Shown here in pieces: positions 51,226 through 64,000 of a DNA stretch of 64,000 bases. The stretch's first letter is position 1. Every line of letters starts with the position of its first letter. Origin of the DNA: Felis catus (taxonomy: Eukaryota). The translations under genes were made by a program, and so were the position numbers. The stretch lies in assembly GCF_018350175.1 (NCBI RefSeq), contig NC_058368.1:217436001-217500000 (forward strand), written 5' to 3'. Below the pieces are notes generated by a model. The model saw only the letters and a program-made list of their open reading frames with translations, had not been told where the DNA came from and made no database searches.

Positions 51226-51500
51226 CGTATTATCCAAAGCAATCCACAAATTCAATGTAATCTCTATAAAAATACCAATAGCATGTTTTAACAAAACTAG
51301 AAGAAATAATTCTAGAATTTTTATGAAACCACAAAATACCTCAAATAGCCAATGGAATTTTGAAAAAGAAGGAAAAAACTGGAGTCATAACAATTCCAGA
51401 CTTCCAGATATAATTAAAAGCTATAATAATCAAAACAGTATGGTACTAGCACAAAAAATAGACACACTGATCAGAGGAACAAGTTAGAGAGCCGAGAACA

Positions 51501-51567
51501 TTATGTAGTTATGTAGTTACGTAGTTAATCTATGTAGTTATGTAGTTATGTAGTTAGTTAATCTATG
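51501..51567. repeat. (TTATGTAG)n octamer tandem repeat inside L1
   Basis: About six units plus a duplicated AGTTAATCTATG. Confidence 0.9.
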
Positions 51568-54500
51568 ACAAAAGTGGCAGGAATATACAATAGAGAAAAG
51601 ACAGTCATTTCAATAAATGGTATTGATGAAAGTGGACAGCTACATGCAAAAGAATGAAATTGGGCCACTTTCTTACACCACACACAATAAATAAACTAGA
51701 AATTGATTGAAGACCTAAATGTGAGATCTGAAATCATAAAATTCTTACAAGAAAACATAGGCAGTAAATTTTTGGACATTAGTCTTAGCAATAAGTTTAT
51801 GGATATGTCTCCTCAAGCAAGGGAAACAAAAGCAAAAAATAAACTATTGGGGCTACATGGAAATAAAACGCTTTGGCACAGAGAAGAAATCCATGAACAA
51901 AGTGAAAAAGCAGCCTACTGAATGGGAGAAGATATTTGCAAATGATACCTGATAAGGACTTAGTATCCAAAATATATTAAGAACTTATACACTTCAACAC
52001 TAAAAAACACAACTAATCTTTTTAAAAAATGGGCAGAGGACCTGAATAGACATTTTTTCCAAAGAGCATATACAGATGGCCAGTAAACACATGAAAAGAT
52101 GCTCAACATTACTAGCCATCAGGGAAATACAAATCAAAATTACAATGAGATATCACCTTACAACTGTCAGAATGGCTACTATCAAAAGACAAGAAATGAC
52201 AAGTACTGGTGAGAATAGGGTAAAAAGGAAATGCTCATGCACAGTTGATGGAAATATAAATTGATTCAACCACTCTCAATAATTGTACTGAAGTATCACA
52301 AAAAAATTAAAATAGAAATACCATAGGATCCAGTAATTCTACTGCTGGGTATTTACCTCGAAAAAATAAAAATATTACTTCACAGTAATACGTGCAGTGT
52401 TATATCTATTCAAACATTATTTACAATAGCCATGATATAGAAGCAACATAAGTGTCCTCTGATAGATAAATGGGTAAAGAAAATGTGGTATCAGAGTACA
52501 ATGGAATATTACTCAGTCATAAAAAAAAACAATGAGATCCTGTCATTTGTGACAACATGGATAGCCTTAGAGGGTATTATGCTAAGTGAAAAAATTCATA
52601 CAGAGAAAGACAAATACCATATGACTTCACTTGTATGTGGAATCTAAAAAACAAAACAAAAAAACAAACAAACAGAGACCATAAATACAGAGAACTGATG
52701 GTTGCTGGAGGGAATAGGGGTGGGAGAGGGGCAAAATCGATGAAGAGGATTAAGAGGTACAGACTACTAGTTATAAAATAAGTAAATCATCAGGATAAAA
52801 AGTACTGCATAGGGAATACAGTCAATGATACTTTCATAATATTGTATGATGACAGATGGTGACTGTACTTATCGTGATGAGCATAGCATAATGTATAGAA
52901 TTGTTCAATCACTATATTGTATGCCTGAAACAAATGGAATGTTACATGTCTACTATACATGAATAAAAAACATGTACTTAAAACACTATTCCTTGACCAC
53001 ATCCGGAAGAATATTGAGCAGAGTTGACCAGAAGACTCATTCTAGCAAAAAAAGAGGACTGCATTTCAAGTCATAGCACTTGAAAGAATTGTTGTTCCTG
53101 CCATGGGAAACTGTCAGTTCCTAAACACCTTCATAAAAGGTATGGATCTCCACCAGCAAAATCTCTCTCCAAACCCACATGTCCCTCACAGTGAATCTCT
53201 GACTGAGGAAGAAGTTGAAAATGTAAGGGTAATTTTTACCACACCATCTTTAGCAACCAGAGAATGGTCTCTAGTCATGAAAACAAACAAACAAAAAGCA
53301 GATAAACTGAAAAAGCAGAATGGAAAGGCTACTATGGAGGAACATCATAGAATTAGACCAAGAACTCATAAGGATATATGAATACAGAACTAAAGGGTGT
53401 TTCTGGCCAAACATATGATTTCCCAAGTGTGCCAGAAATTTTGTTTTCATAAGTTTGTATTTTGCTTCTTGAAGAAGGGTCTCTAAATTATATAAACCTC
53501 AGGCCCAACAAAAGTTCGTATTTCTATATGAGACTTTAAGAATATTAAGAGAGGAATTGAAAGAGTTATCATTACTGAACTTTGAATCAGTACTTTGAGA
53601 CACAGCTCATAAAACAGCACCTTTTAAAAAATAATGGAAACCACAGGTAAAAAGCAAAAGAGAGATACAGAGTACATATTCAGGATAACTAATATAAAAA
53701 CATTAAGTGTTATGAAATGTCAGTTAAAAAAACAACAGAATTAAAAGAATTATCACACTTACAATATAAGAAAGCTTTTTAACTTGTTGAAAATTTTTTC
53801 CCTATAGACAGAAAGTAGATAATGAGCACCAGCAATATTTAATTCACTAATTGAATGAAACCATATTGGGCATCTTCAATTAGTCAAGCAGAATTCTAAG
53901 CACTGGGGATTCAGCAGTAGGGAAAAGATGCCAGGCTTTTTCCTTTCACAGAGTTTAATGTAGTCAGGGGAGGCATCCATAAATGAATAAGACTATATCA
54001 TCACACAAGATCGTGTCAGGGCAGTATATATCCTGAAATATGAGAACATGGTATGAAATGGTAGTGAGTTGTTGGGTGTACAACTAATTATAACATTGAA
54101 ATATATAATCACTAAGTATACAGATAATATCTCAATATTTTCCAGTAAAAATATTTTTGTATTAAGAATTTCAATACAGAAACAGTGGGACATTAAACTA
54201 TGCACAGAGTCTTTCTAAGGCAGTCTTGTGCCACTGCCCCATCCATAGGCCCATGAAGCTGGCCCCACCACTGCCTCCTAATGGCAGCGAGTTGGAAGGG
54301 AGCCTTGAAAAACGCTTTCCAGGAGTTAGCTTTACCGAGAGAGGAGCAAAGTGAGGAAGGCTGCTGAGTGTGTCTGTAAGCAAACAGGCCAATGGCCAGC
54401 AAAACATTTAATGAGTAAGCAAAACTTGTGATATTGACATTGGTGTGAAATATTAAATGGGACAAAAAGTATATGAAATGTACAGTTTACTGAAAATCTG

Positions 54501-55199
54501 TCTTTCAAAATTAGCAGAAAAAATTGTTTTACTCACTGAGCTATACTTTAGAGAAACTTCAAATGATGCATAATTTTTATTTCATTAAAATTATTTTGGA
54601 TTCAATAAATTAAAAAATTAGTTTAAACACTTAGCATAAATTTATTAATGACATCTTACTGAGAATAGCTCAGAGTAAAAACATAACTCATTTGTATTTA
54701 TGAACCTTCAGTAAAAGGTTGGGTTTCTCTTCATTTCTTGAGCTATTGATGCTATTTCAAAAGATCTAACATAATATATTTCAACTATATTTCATTTGAA
54801 TCATGTATTTGTATGAAGACTTAATTTTTTCTTCCTCCCTGGAATGGTTCAGAATTTCTTTTATCTCTAATTCTATATCTTGTACATAAAAGCCCTTATT
54901 CTTTCTTCAAAGGCATTCTAGGATAGTATCTTAGATCACTTTAATCTAGTTGCAATATTTACTTTTTAGAGTTTTTTAATGTGCATCTGTCACATTTTAA
55001 TTAAAAACAAATCTTACTTTATAACATTAATTTTTACCATAGTTGAATTAAGAACAAATCATGTTTTAGAAAGTAAGCATTTAAGGCAATACGTGCATTT
55101 ACTAAGTGTTCACTAAAGTTTTAATTCATATTTATGTTAGAGAATTTGATGAACTTCCTGAAAATAAGATATAAAATTGTTACTCTACTGGCCATAATT

Positions 55200-56000
55200 A
55201 GCCAAGAATGGAATTGGTTTAAAAACCCTATTTGCAATAGTTACAGAAATCCATAAAATTACTTAGGTATAAAATTCACAAAAATAGATGAGTTATATAT
55301 TAATAAAACTACTAAAATACTTAAAATATAATAAAATCCAGAATACAGGGAACAATTAATATTCCTGGAGATTATAATGTTGAAAGGAAATTTATTACAA
55401 ATTGCAATTTATTAATATATATTAACAAAATATAAAATGTTAGGATATGAAAATAATATTTATTTGTTAGGTTAGAATAAATTCTCAGAACTGAAGATAT
55501 TCTTTGGAAATAGTAACTGAACTTGAGAAATATTTTGAATTGTGCAGTAGAATGGATTTTTATAGCGTACAGCCCTGCAATTCCATTTTGATATAAAATG
55601 CAAATAAATTTTCACTGAAGGAACTATGAAAGAACACTTAAAACATAAGAATATATTTTTCTATAAGCAATATGTTAGAAACAAACTATGTTCATCAGCA
55701 ACAAAATGAATAAATTGTGAGTATATCCATACAGTTAAATACTATGTATTGATAGATATATATATAAATTAGATTACATTGATGAACATCATAAACCTGG
55801 TATTGAATGATAAAAAGTTTCCAAAAGAATACAATCAGTATATTATTTCCATAAAGTTTAAAAACTCGATAATCAATGCCATGTAATATTTATGTATATA
55901 TTTAACCATGTAAAATATAAAATAAACAGAAATGCATAATAATAAGAAACACCAAATTCAAGATAAACAATGAGTGCACAGGTGTCTGAAACTGACTTGG

Positions 56001-56052
<52 letters not shown>

Positions 56053-56090
56053 ACTGGATGGTGGGTACATATAGGTTTTTGGAAATAGTT
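55200..56090 (+). mobile_element. Ancient L1ME-type fragments with (TA)n at about 56008-56048
   Basis: CCCTATTTGCAATAG...ACTTAGGTATAAAATTCAC; AATGAATAAATTGTGAGTATATCCATACAG. Confidence 0.6.
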
Positions 56091-56130
56091 TCAAAAAGTT
56101 CTAAAAGTCTTTAATGTTTTATAACATATT

Positions 56131-56354
56131 CTTATTTTTATTTTTTTATTTATTATTATTATTTTTTTAATTTTTGAGAGAGAGAGAGCATGAATGTGGG
56201 AGGGGCAGAGAGAGAGGGAGACACAGAATCTGAAGCAGGCTCTAGGCTCTCAACTGTCAACACAGAGTCAGATGCACGGCTTGAACTCACCGAGCATGAG
56301 ATCATGACCTGAGCCGAAGTCAGTACCTTAACTGACTAAGCCACCCAGGTGCCC
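56131..56354 (-). mobile_element. CanSINE
   Basis: Perfect TSD TTATAACATATT. Confidence 0.96.
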
Positions 56355-59300
56355 TTATAACATATTTTTAAAGAGCAGATATCTTACTATACATTATTAC
56401 CTTACATATCTTAAATCAAAATTTAATTTTCAAGAGATTGGTAAAACATTAAAACATTTCATTTATATCCATGCTTATTACTATTGTTGTTACTGTTATT
56501 GATAAGCAATTTGTATCATGAGTGTTTCGGGGTTTTTTTTATGTATATCTGTTTCACATTCTATAATCACATGTGTGATAAGAACACTTAATATTAGAAA
56601 GTATCAGATATAAAAATGTGCCTTCTTGAACTAGAAATATTAGCTATTACAGAACTATGGTACCAGTAGTATTATAAAATTTAATTTGTACTATGCATAT
56701 CAAATAACAAACACAAAAGAGGACTAGGGTATGAGAAAGGCATTTTCCATCAGATGATAGATCTTTCTATAAACATCCAGTAATCAAAAGAGAATGGATT
56801 TGTACATAACCAAATAGATAGCTGAAAGAGAAAAGGTTGATTCCAAAAGATGAAAGTACATATGAAGCCTTAAGCAACACAGATAATACAATTAGTAGTG
56901 TTGGTATTAATGGTATTAGTATATATGGAAAGTTTACCATGCCCAGACATTAATTGTTGAATGCAAATTAAAACATCAGGGAGTCATTTGGTGTTCACCA
57001 GGAATGGTGATCTTTTGGGCAACAGGTAACCTCATGCATTCTACTATTAATGATTATTGTTAAAACTCATTTGGAAAAAATATAGGAGAATCTATTAATA
57101 TTCAAAATATACATTTTTAAAAAGTGAAGTACAATATTTTGGACTCTACTTACATAGAAATAAAAAAACCAAAAAATTTTCCTAAATGAAAAGATGCAGG
57201 TTAATTGCTACCCAGAAAAGAAGTTCGTAATTGTCAAATGTGTATAACAAATTGAATGTTCATGATAGGAGAATTAAAGAGAATAGAGAACATAAAAACA
57301 TTAAAGAAAATACAGAGAGGGTATAAGATATATCTATTTTAAAAATTTATGTTGCTAACTTTTGGCAAGGATATAGGTCAAAGATAGTTAACAGAGTAAA
57401 TAAGTAAACGTTTAAGTATACTTCTTAAAATAAAATAAACTGTGAGTATGCACGTGACTTTATATGTGTTTATGATCACAGAGAGAAGTGTAAAGGGTAC
57501 GCATAAATCTATGTTCAACGGAAATCTGAAGGGTTTGCACCGGAAGGAGAAATGAATACATAAGTGTTTCTATATATTATTACTTCCTTTGTTGCTATTA
57601 GCATTTGTTATTTGTAGGAGAATATTTTAAAAAGTCAAACAGCATACAATGAAGACCCATGTTGTAATACACTTTTGTAGAAATCCTAAGTCAAGTACTT
57701 TAAAGGAAATCCATACGCTTTAGAACCAGAAGGATATAAAGTCAAATTTCTCTCCTAGTGTATTAGTATGCAATTTTTATCTCTGTAGAATATGCATATA
57801 TTCCCTTTCAGAGTTATTTCTATAGGGTATACATATATTCCCAGTAGAATTTACATATATTCCTTTTTCTCTCATTTTTTATTTTGATGCTATGTGAAGG
57901 TGATTAACATCTGGGAGTGGAGACTACTGAACCGGTAACTGGAAAACCAAACGAAGCTTCCATTCCTTTGTCCAAATTCAGTCTTTTGATAATGATTGCA
58001 AACATGATGTGAAATGCTTATTGTTCACGAATGATAGTTGGCCTGAGAATATTTTGCTGCAAAAACCCTTCCTGATTCTCTTTTAATAAGCAATAGCTGT
58101 AAGAGAGCTCTGCCTGGCAAATCAGAAGTCTGGAGTAGAGCAATGTAACACTGGCTCTCCTGAGGCCGAACCCACTTGGTAATGTATTTAGTAAAACGGA
58201 GCCTAATGCAAAAAGTGCACAGGCTTGAATAAACAAAAAAACCTCCTTCATTTTATAAGTCTTTTAACAAAGTTGTGGATGAAAAGATAAATAATACAAG
58301 GATAGGAAATTATCCAGGTCTACAAAGGAGTAGGTTCATTGTTTGAGAACTAAAAAGGCTCTCAGTGGAAAGACTTTCACATACTTGACACTTCCCTATC
58401 ACCTCATCCCATCAGTTTCCTCTTCTTGTGTCCACAATTGAAGTACATTTCCATTTCCATTTTAAGCAAAATCCTTGAAAGGGTATTTGAAGTTGTTGAG
58501 AAAGAGGGCTATGGGGGAGTCGGCAGAACCATTAAAGTTTCAAGGAATGAAAAGATGAAAATAGCTTCACAAACATAACAGGAATGATTTTAAACATCAG
58601 CGTGTTTAGAAAATTGAAGAAACTGAACGAGTAATCTAAAAATAAAAACAGAGAATGAAAGCCATGAGCACTGCTTTTCTATCTCAACTAGGTGTATCTT
58701 TACATTTTCCTAGGTGATGAAATTCCTTGCTGTAGCTCAAATCTAAGGGAGAAAAATGAAAAAAAAATAATTAGAGTTTATAGATTCCTTCAGTTATTGA
58801 GATAGAATCATTGGAAAGGAGCTTACATATGATTTAGTCAAATCCCTCAGGGAAACTGGGGCACAGAGAAGTGATTTACACACATTTATGAGAGAAAAGT
58901 CAGTCATGATTGGAACAGGGATTAACATGTAGGATTGTTAGCCCTTGTTTGGTGATTTTTTGGTATATTAAAAAAAGAAATAATAAAGCACTTTATTTAT
59001 CCAGTTGATAAACAAATATTTATTGGACACATCTTACTCATCGGGTATCTTCCCAGGACTGAGTATGGAGTTGAGAATAAGATATGTTCTTTTTTGGGAC
59101 ATAGTTTAAATTCTAATATGAGAGACATGTAATTAAAAAGTGAAAACAAAAGATGCAACATGATAAATTCAAATGATTGTAGCATAACAAACAGAGAAAA
59201 TGTGTGAATATAATTCAGGATTATTGCAAGGCACTGTTAGCCTTGAAAAGAGCAGTTTAATAGTAAAGGATGGAAGAAATGTTATATGAGATTATATATG

Positions 59301-59928
59301 ATGCTTGTACAAATAGGAAAGAATTGAAACACCTGAAGGAAAGACATTTGAGATGGATTGTTAATAGGTTTCATCTGGTTTGTACTAACTTCATGATTTG
59401 AGAAATTTCAATGGCATTTTCAATGAGGAAAACCTAATATAATTAACCTGAAAAATTCATCTAGGCAAAAAGGTTAACACTGGCAGAAATGAAAGTTAAA
59501 TCATAACTGTTCAAGTGAAATAAATAGTCCTGCTTCACTGTATAAAATAATTGCCCCCAAAAGTGATGTACAAAGTTAGTCTGCTGGTTAGAGACAACAT
59601 CACATGGTTGATTACATGATATGTAAAATTACCCAGTACTGTAGACTAATAGGTAACAGTCCTGCTTGATGTCGATTTTATTTTTCAATCCATTTTAAAA
59701 AGATATTGCTTTTCAATTTATTTTATTTTTTTGAAAGCTATCACTAGATGTTGGGACAAGCACATTTCTAAGACTTAATTCACTCCAGAAATATTCACTC
59801 CAGGGTAATATTTTTTAGCCATTCCAGGTTACCCTTTAAATAAGTTACTTTCCCTGCACTAGATGCTCCCAAGGTCAGTTCTGTAGCTGATTGCATAGTT
59901 CTTTCATGATTAAAGATAGCTTTATTAT

Positions 59929-60144
59929 GGGGTGCCTGGGCGACTCAGTCAGTTAAGCGTCCAACTTAGGCTCAGGTCAGGATCTCACGGTCGGTGAGTC
60001 CGAGCCCCGCATCGGGCTCTATGCTGACAGCTCGGAATCTGGAGCCTGCTTAGGATTTTGTGCCTCCTTCTCTCTCTCTCTCTGCCCCTCCCTCACTTGC
60101 TCTCTCTCTCTTTCTCTCTTTCAAAAATAAATAAACATTAAAAA
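59929..60144 (+). mobile_element. CanSINE
   Basis: TSD AAAGATAGCTTTATT / AAAGTTAGCTTTATT. Confidence 0.96.
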
Positions 60145-62179
60145 AAAGTTAGCTTTATTTCATTTGTTTAAACCATCATCCTGATTTGAGAATACAAATT
60201 GCTTCATTGTATTCAGAAAGTCTAAAAGGTACCCTCAAAGAATAAATAGGAATTGAAATTTATTCTGCAACTAAATATTACTGTTGGCTGGGGTAGGTGA
60301 TATTGAACTACTACAAACAAATAGAAAGTGGCTATTTGTAATGATTCGAGCTTACCTTGTAATAGAACTCCAACTTATCGTAGGAGATAGTTTTAATGAA
60401 TAATTTGAATTTTTGATGCAATAACACTCCCCCTCCCCCGCCCATGACAGACAAATTCAGTTTTTGCATGTTAAGGAAATAAGGTCTTGAAGGGATGCTT
60501 ATTCACGGACAACATACATCCACCCCAAAATCCCCAGCATTACATAGTGTGATGCAAATGATTCTTAGAGATATCAAAATAATTAATATGAATTTCTGCT
60601 CTTTTTGTTCCTGTTGGCTCTGGGGAGACAATTGTGGGATAGCTCTCAAAAAATGGGAGTAAGTATCATTCTGATTTATACCCTTGCTTTGTGGTCTTGA
60701 GAAAGGCACACAATGAATATACTCACTTTATCTTTAATAACGGTAGTTTGACTTCAAAACAATTGAGGGATTTTTTTACCCTTAAAAGAAAGGCATATTT
60801 TCTAACATCCACTTTTACTGGAAGATACCCATTTTAAGATCTTCAAATGGGTTTGTTATCTGTAACAAATGCATGAGTTAGGGCATATGATTTTAGAATA
60901 GAAACCCATAAAGTTAAAAGCAGAGAACTGAAATACTACCCACTGAAAGGTAGAATCCAACTGTTCATAATTGCTTGTGAATGCAGAAAGTGAGAAAAAG
61001 AAAAAAAAAGAGCCCTAATATTTCTGATTCATTTTCATGATCCATTGGCCAGCTGCTAGGAGGAGAATCACTAATGAAGCATGGGGTTTCATGCTGTTTG
61101 GCCCCACAGCATGAGCCATGCTTCACCTTATGGTCACATTCTTTACTTGTTCCTAACACCAAAAAGGTCCATGTGTTCCGAACACATTAAAATAAGATAT
61201 GTACATATTATTCAGCTTTCTTTGAAAACCACTGACAGCTACCATACCATTGGTGAGAGTGACAGTGTTCAGCAGAGCATTGTTCTGTGAAATAGAGTAC
61301 AGAATCACATAGTGTGAAAGGAAAAATGTAAAATCAAAAGTTTTCCAGAAGCTATTATTTAGTATGGTTTTTGTTAAGGAGTTAATACTGTCATAGCTCA
61401 CCTGTAATTTTTGTTTCTTCTTCAGAGAAAAATTGGGTTTCACAACGAATGAGATTGTAGTGTTTATTACATGTTTTTGATGTTCCCATCACTTATTAGT
61501 TTTGCGTTGCATTTCCTAGCACTGTAAAATTCTATGTGGTCTTTGACATTACGGTTTACAATTGAGTGCTGACAGCATAACAATGAGATTTTCTCATTTA
61601 TTCTTACAAGTATTAAAAATAAAATTCTTAAATGGACTTTAAGTTCTGGCATGTCAAAAGTAAGCAGCATTGTTTTTTTCTTAAGCCACCTTCTGTTTAT
61701 AAGAGATTGATTTGATAAGTAAGTGGATATATGGAACTTGTTTTTCCTCTCTGCATCTTGTCCTGGTTTTGAAATTGAGATTGATTTTCAAATGTAAACA
61801 ATTTGTAGAAATCCATCTGTGAATACTAGCTGTCATTAGAAGATAAGCATGTATCCTACATTAATCTACGAAAATATGCCCTAACTCAAAATGTTTAATC
61901 TAAGTTAGAAAAGCCATTAAGTGTGCTTTCTTACATTATTTAGTTCATTATATCATGAATTTGTTCTATGAATAATACATTCTGTACATAAGGAAATTAG
62001 AGAAATTATAGTAACACAGAAGGCCCCTCTATGGCAGTAGCTGAGTTAAAATTACAGCCAAAGCATTCTCCTAGATATTGTGGATAAAACAAATTTGCTG
62101 TAGTTACGATTGTTATATAAAGCATAATGTGGGTTTTTTTAATCCTTAGAAATGTCATATTTTTGTTTTCTCTAAGAAC

Positions 62180-62512
62180 GCTTCCTCCTGGGTTCCCCAG
62201 AAAACAGGATCTGAAGACCTGAAATCAACAGGAAGGTAATCTGTGTAGACACATTCTCAGAAAGGTCACCTGTTGACGGGAGGGAAGGATTGGACAGGGC
62301 TGGGGAACAGGATTTGGATATTGTGGCCACAGAAGACTAAACCTGGACGAAGTTCAGCTTAGGATCTAGAATGGACCTTGAGACAAAGAGACCAGGACCC
62401 TAAACTCCCGCAGAATTAGTCACTGGATATGGGCTCTGGGGAGAACAATACGTAGCCTTGGGCAAAGTGGTTCTCTTCCCCATAAGAACAACTCCCGGGG
62501 AGGGTTTCAGCT
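62180..62512 (-). mobile_element. ERVL LTR relic, LTR16C-like
   Basis: CTGGGTTCCCCAGAAAACAG..., AGTCACTGGATATGGGCT, GTAGCCTTGGGCAAAG, CAACTCCCGGGGAGGG match the recalled LTR16 consensus. Confidence 0.7.
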
Positions 62513-63006
62513 TTCACCATACTGTCAATTTGTATCTACCAACACTATTCTGCATGAACTTAGGCATGTTCAAAACTTCACCGTATTATTTAAAGTTTAG
62601 CATTGTTTTCATAATTAATAATATATAATAGTGCCTTAAGGATTGGGAAATATCAGAAAATTTTCATCCCTTTTAAATCATGAAAATGCTATTTGTTAAT
62701 TTTTCTATGCTGTTGCTGATGTTGATGGCTCATAAATATGTATGTTGTTAAATCTGTGTATGATATTTGCCAAAAAAGCATTACCAAAGATATGATTATG
62801 CCCTCATAATTTCTTGAGAAAACTTCCATATAAAATCGGTGAAATCGATTTTATCCTATCCTGTAACACGTATATGATAATGTTAGAGGAACACATAAGT
62901 ATCTGGTGACTGAAGCTCCCCCCGCCCCCATATGTTGAGTTGTATAGTTACTCAGTTAAGAAATTCTACAAAAATAAGCACCTATTATGTACTAAGGACA
63001 GATATA

Positions 63007-63327
63007 CTGTTGGCCCTTACACAATGCAGGGGTTAGGAGTGCTGACTCCCCATGCAGTTGAAAATCTGTGAATAACTTTTAACTCCCCAAACACTAAACT
63101 ACTAATAGCTGGAATCCTTACCAATAACATAAACAGTCGATTAACACCTGTTTTGTATGTTATAGGTATTATACTATATTTTTACAATAAAGGAAGCTAG
63201 AGCAAAAAATATATATAATTAATAAGATCATAAGAAAGAGAAAATACATTTATAATACTGCATTGTGAAAAGTCTGTGTATACGTGGATGCATGCAGTTC
63301 AAACCCATGTTGTTCAAGGGCCACTTG
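63007..63327. mobile_element. Tigger2a-like non-autonomous TcMar DNA transposon
   Basis: Degenerate TIRs CTGTTGGCCCTTACACAA / TTGTTCAAGGGCCACTTG with TA on both sides; internal ATAACATAAACAGTCGATTAACAC. Confidence 0.9.
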
Positions 63328-64000
63328 TATAAAGTATCTTGCACTTGTGGGAGCCAACTTCTGGAAATTAGGGATTCCTTTCTTTAATTAGATTCTCTTT
63401 ATCTTTAAAAAATGCACTGGTGTAAAATAACATGTTTTTTTGTTTTTTGTTTTTTTTTTTTTTAGAAAGGGAGCTTTTTTTTTTTTAAATCTCATGATAA
63501 TTGCTAAGTTTTTATATATGCACTGTAACTTTAGGGATATCATTCAGTAAGCTGTAAAAAGTAACTATGAGTTTATAATTTAAAACATCTATTTGTGAGT
63601 GAATGCATAGTGACATTTTGTCTTTGCCTTATTGAAATCATTTTATTTCTTGGAGTCAGCTAACAATTGGCAGTGGTTGTGTAGATAGTACTGTACCTCT
63701 TTCCAAAAGATACATTGTATATTCCTAGAGTGAAGTTCTTGTCTCTTAATACAAACTTAATTCTAGTGTAACTTCCAGTAGGACTTTATACAAGGCTTTC
63801 CCTCTGGCTTCTCCAAGTTTTCAAATTGAACCAAAAAAGTTACATAAAATGTTAATGTTTAGATATAAATTTCTGAATACAAAGTCATGTGAGAAAACTA
63901 AACATGATTTTTGGAACTTAATCATTGTGAAAATAGTAGAACACAGAATAAAGTTTAAGTAATTTTTCAGATGTAATTTTTAGAGGGATAGGCCTAAAGT

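Larger units (their letters stand above)
49360..52971 (+). mobile_element. 5'-truncated, inactivated LINE-1 (carnivore L1_Carn-type): ORF2 RT region to 3' UTR
   Basis: Motifs DNLEEI..LLEAYSLPKRNQEEIEYLNR, LFADD (TTATTTGCAGATGAC near 50264) and [25 protein letters not shown]; many stops and frameshifts. Confidence 0.97.

Noticed and set aside
49360..52971. Reverse transcriptase motifs as a possible active or domesticated RT gene
   Set aside because: Ordinary decayed L1: lacks 5' UTR, ORF1 and endonuclease, has many stops and frameshifts and two nested insertions
274..60144. Recurrent short ORFs of type MAQLVK...QVMIS...LSLSQK resembling a gene family or CRISPR-like repeats
   Set aside because: All are CanSINE read-throughs: dispersed, TSD-flanked, irregularly spaced, no repeat-spacer array
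62179..62240. Plus-strand exon-like segment (TTTTCTCTAAG ... AAG|GTAATC)
   Set aside because: Falls inside an LTR16-like relic and the donor is mediocre

Overview
AT-rich mammalian non-coding DNA from a cat-family (Felidae) genome. The assignment rests on about 32 tRNA-derived CanSINE copies, including two young CpG-intact SINEC_Fc-type copies, and an L1_Fc-type 3' end. The window is a mosaic of SINEs, truncated LINE-1 pieces (one 3.6 kb ORF2 remnant), L2/MIR relics, MaLR/ERVL solo LTRs, Tigger/hAT DNA-transposon relics and microsatellites. I found no credible protein-coding gene, RNA gene or CRISPR array. The supplied ORFs are mostly read-throughs of repeats or chance short frames. Repeat family names come from my recall of consensus sequences, not from a search. 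I did not find a new biological system. The most interesting signals are modest: candidate minus-strand non-coding exons consistent with the L1/LTR orientation bias, two long near-perfect palindromes, same-site SINE re-insertions, nested insertions, templated-repair-like scars, and very young SINEs that may be polymorphic.
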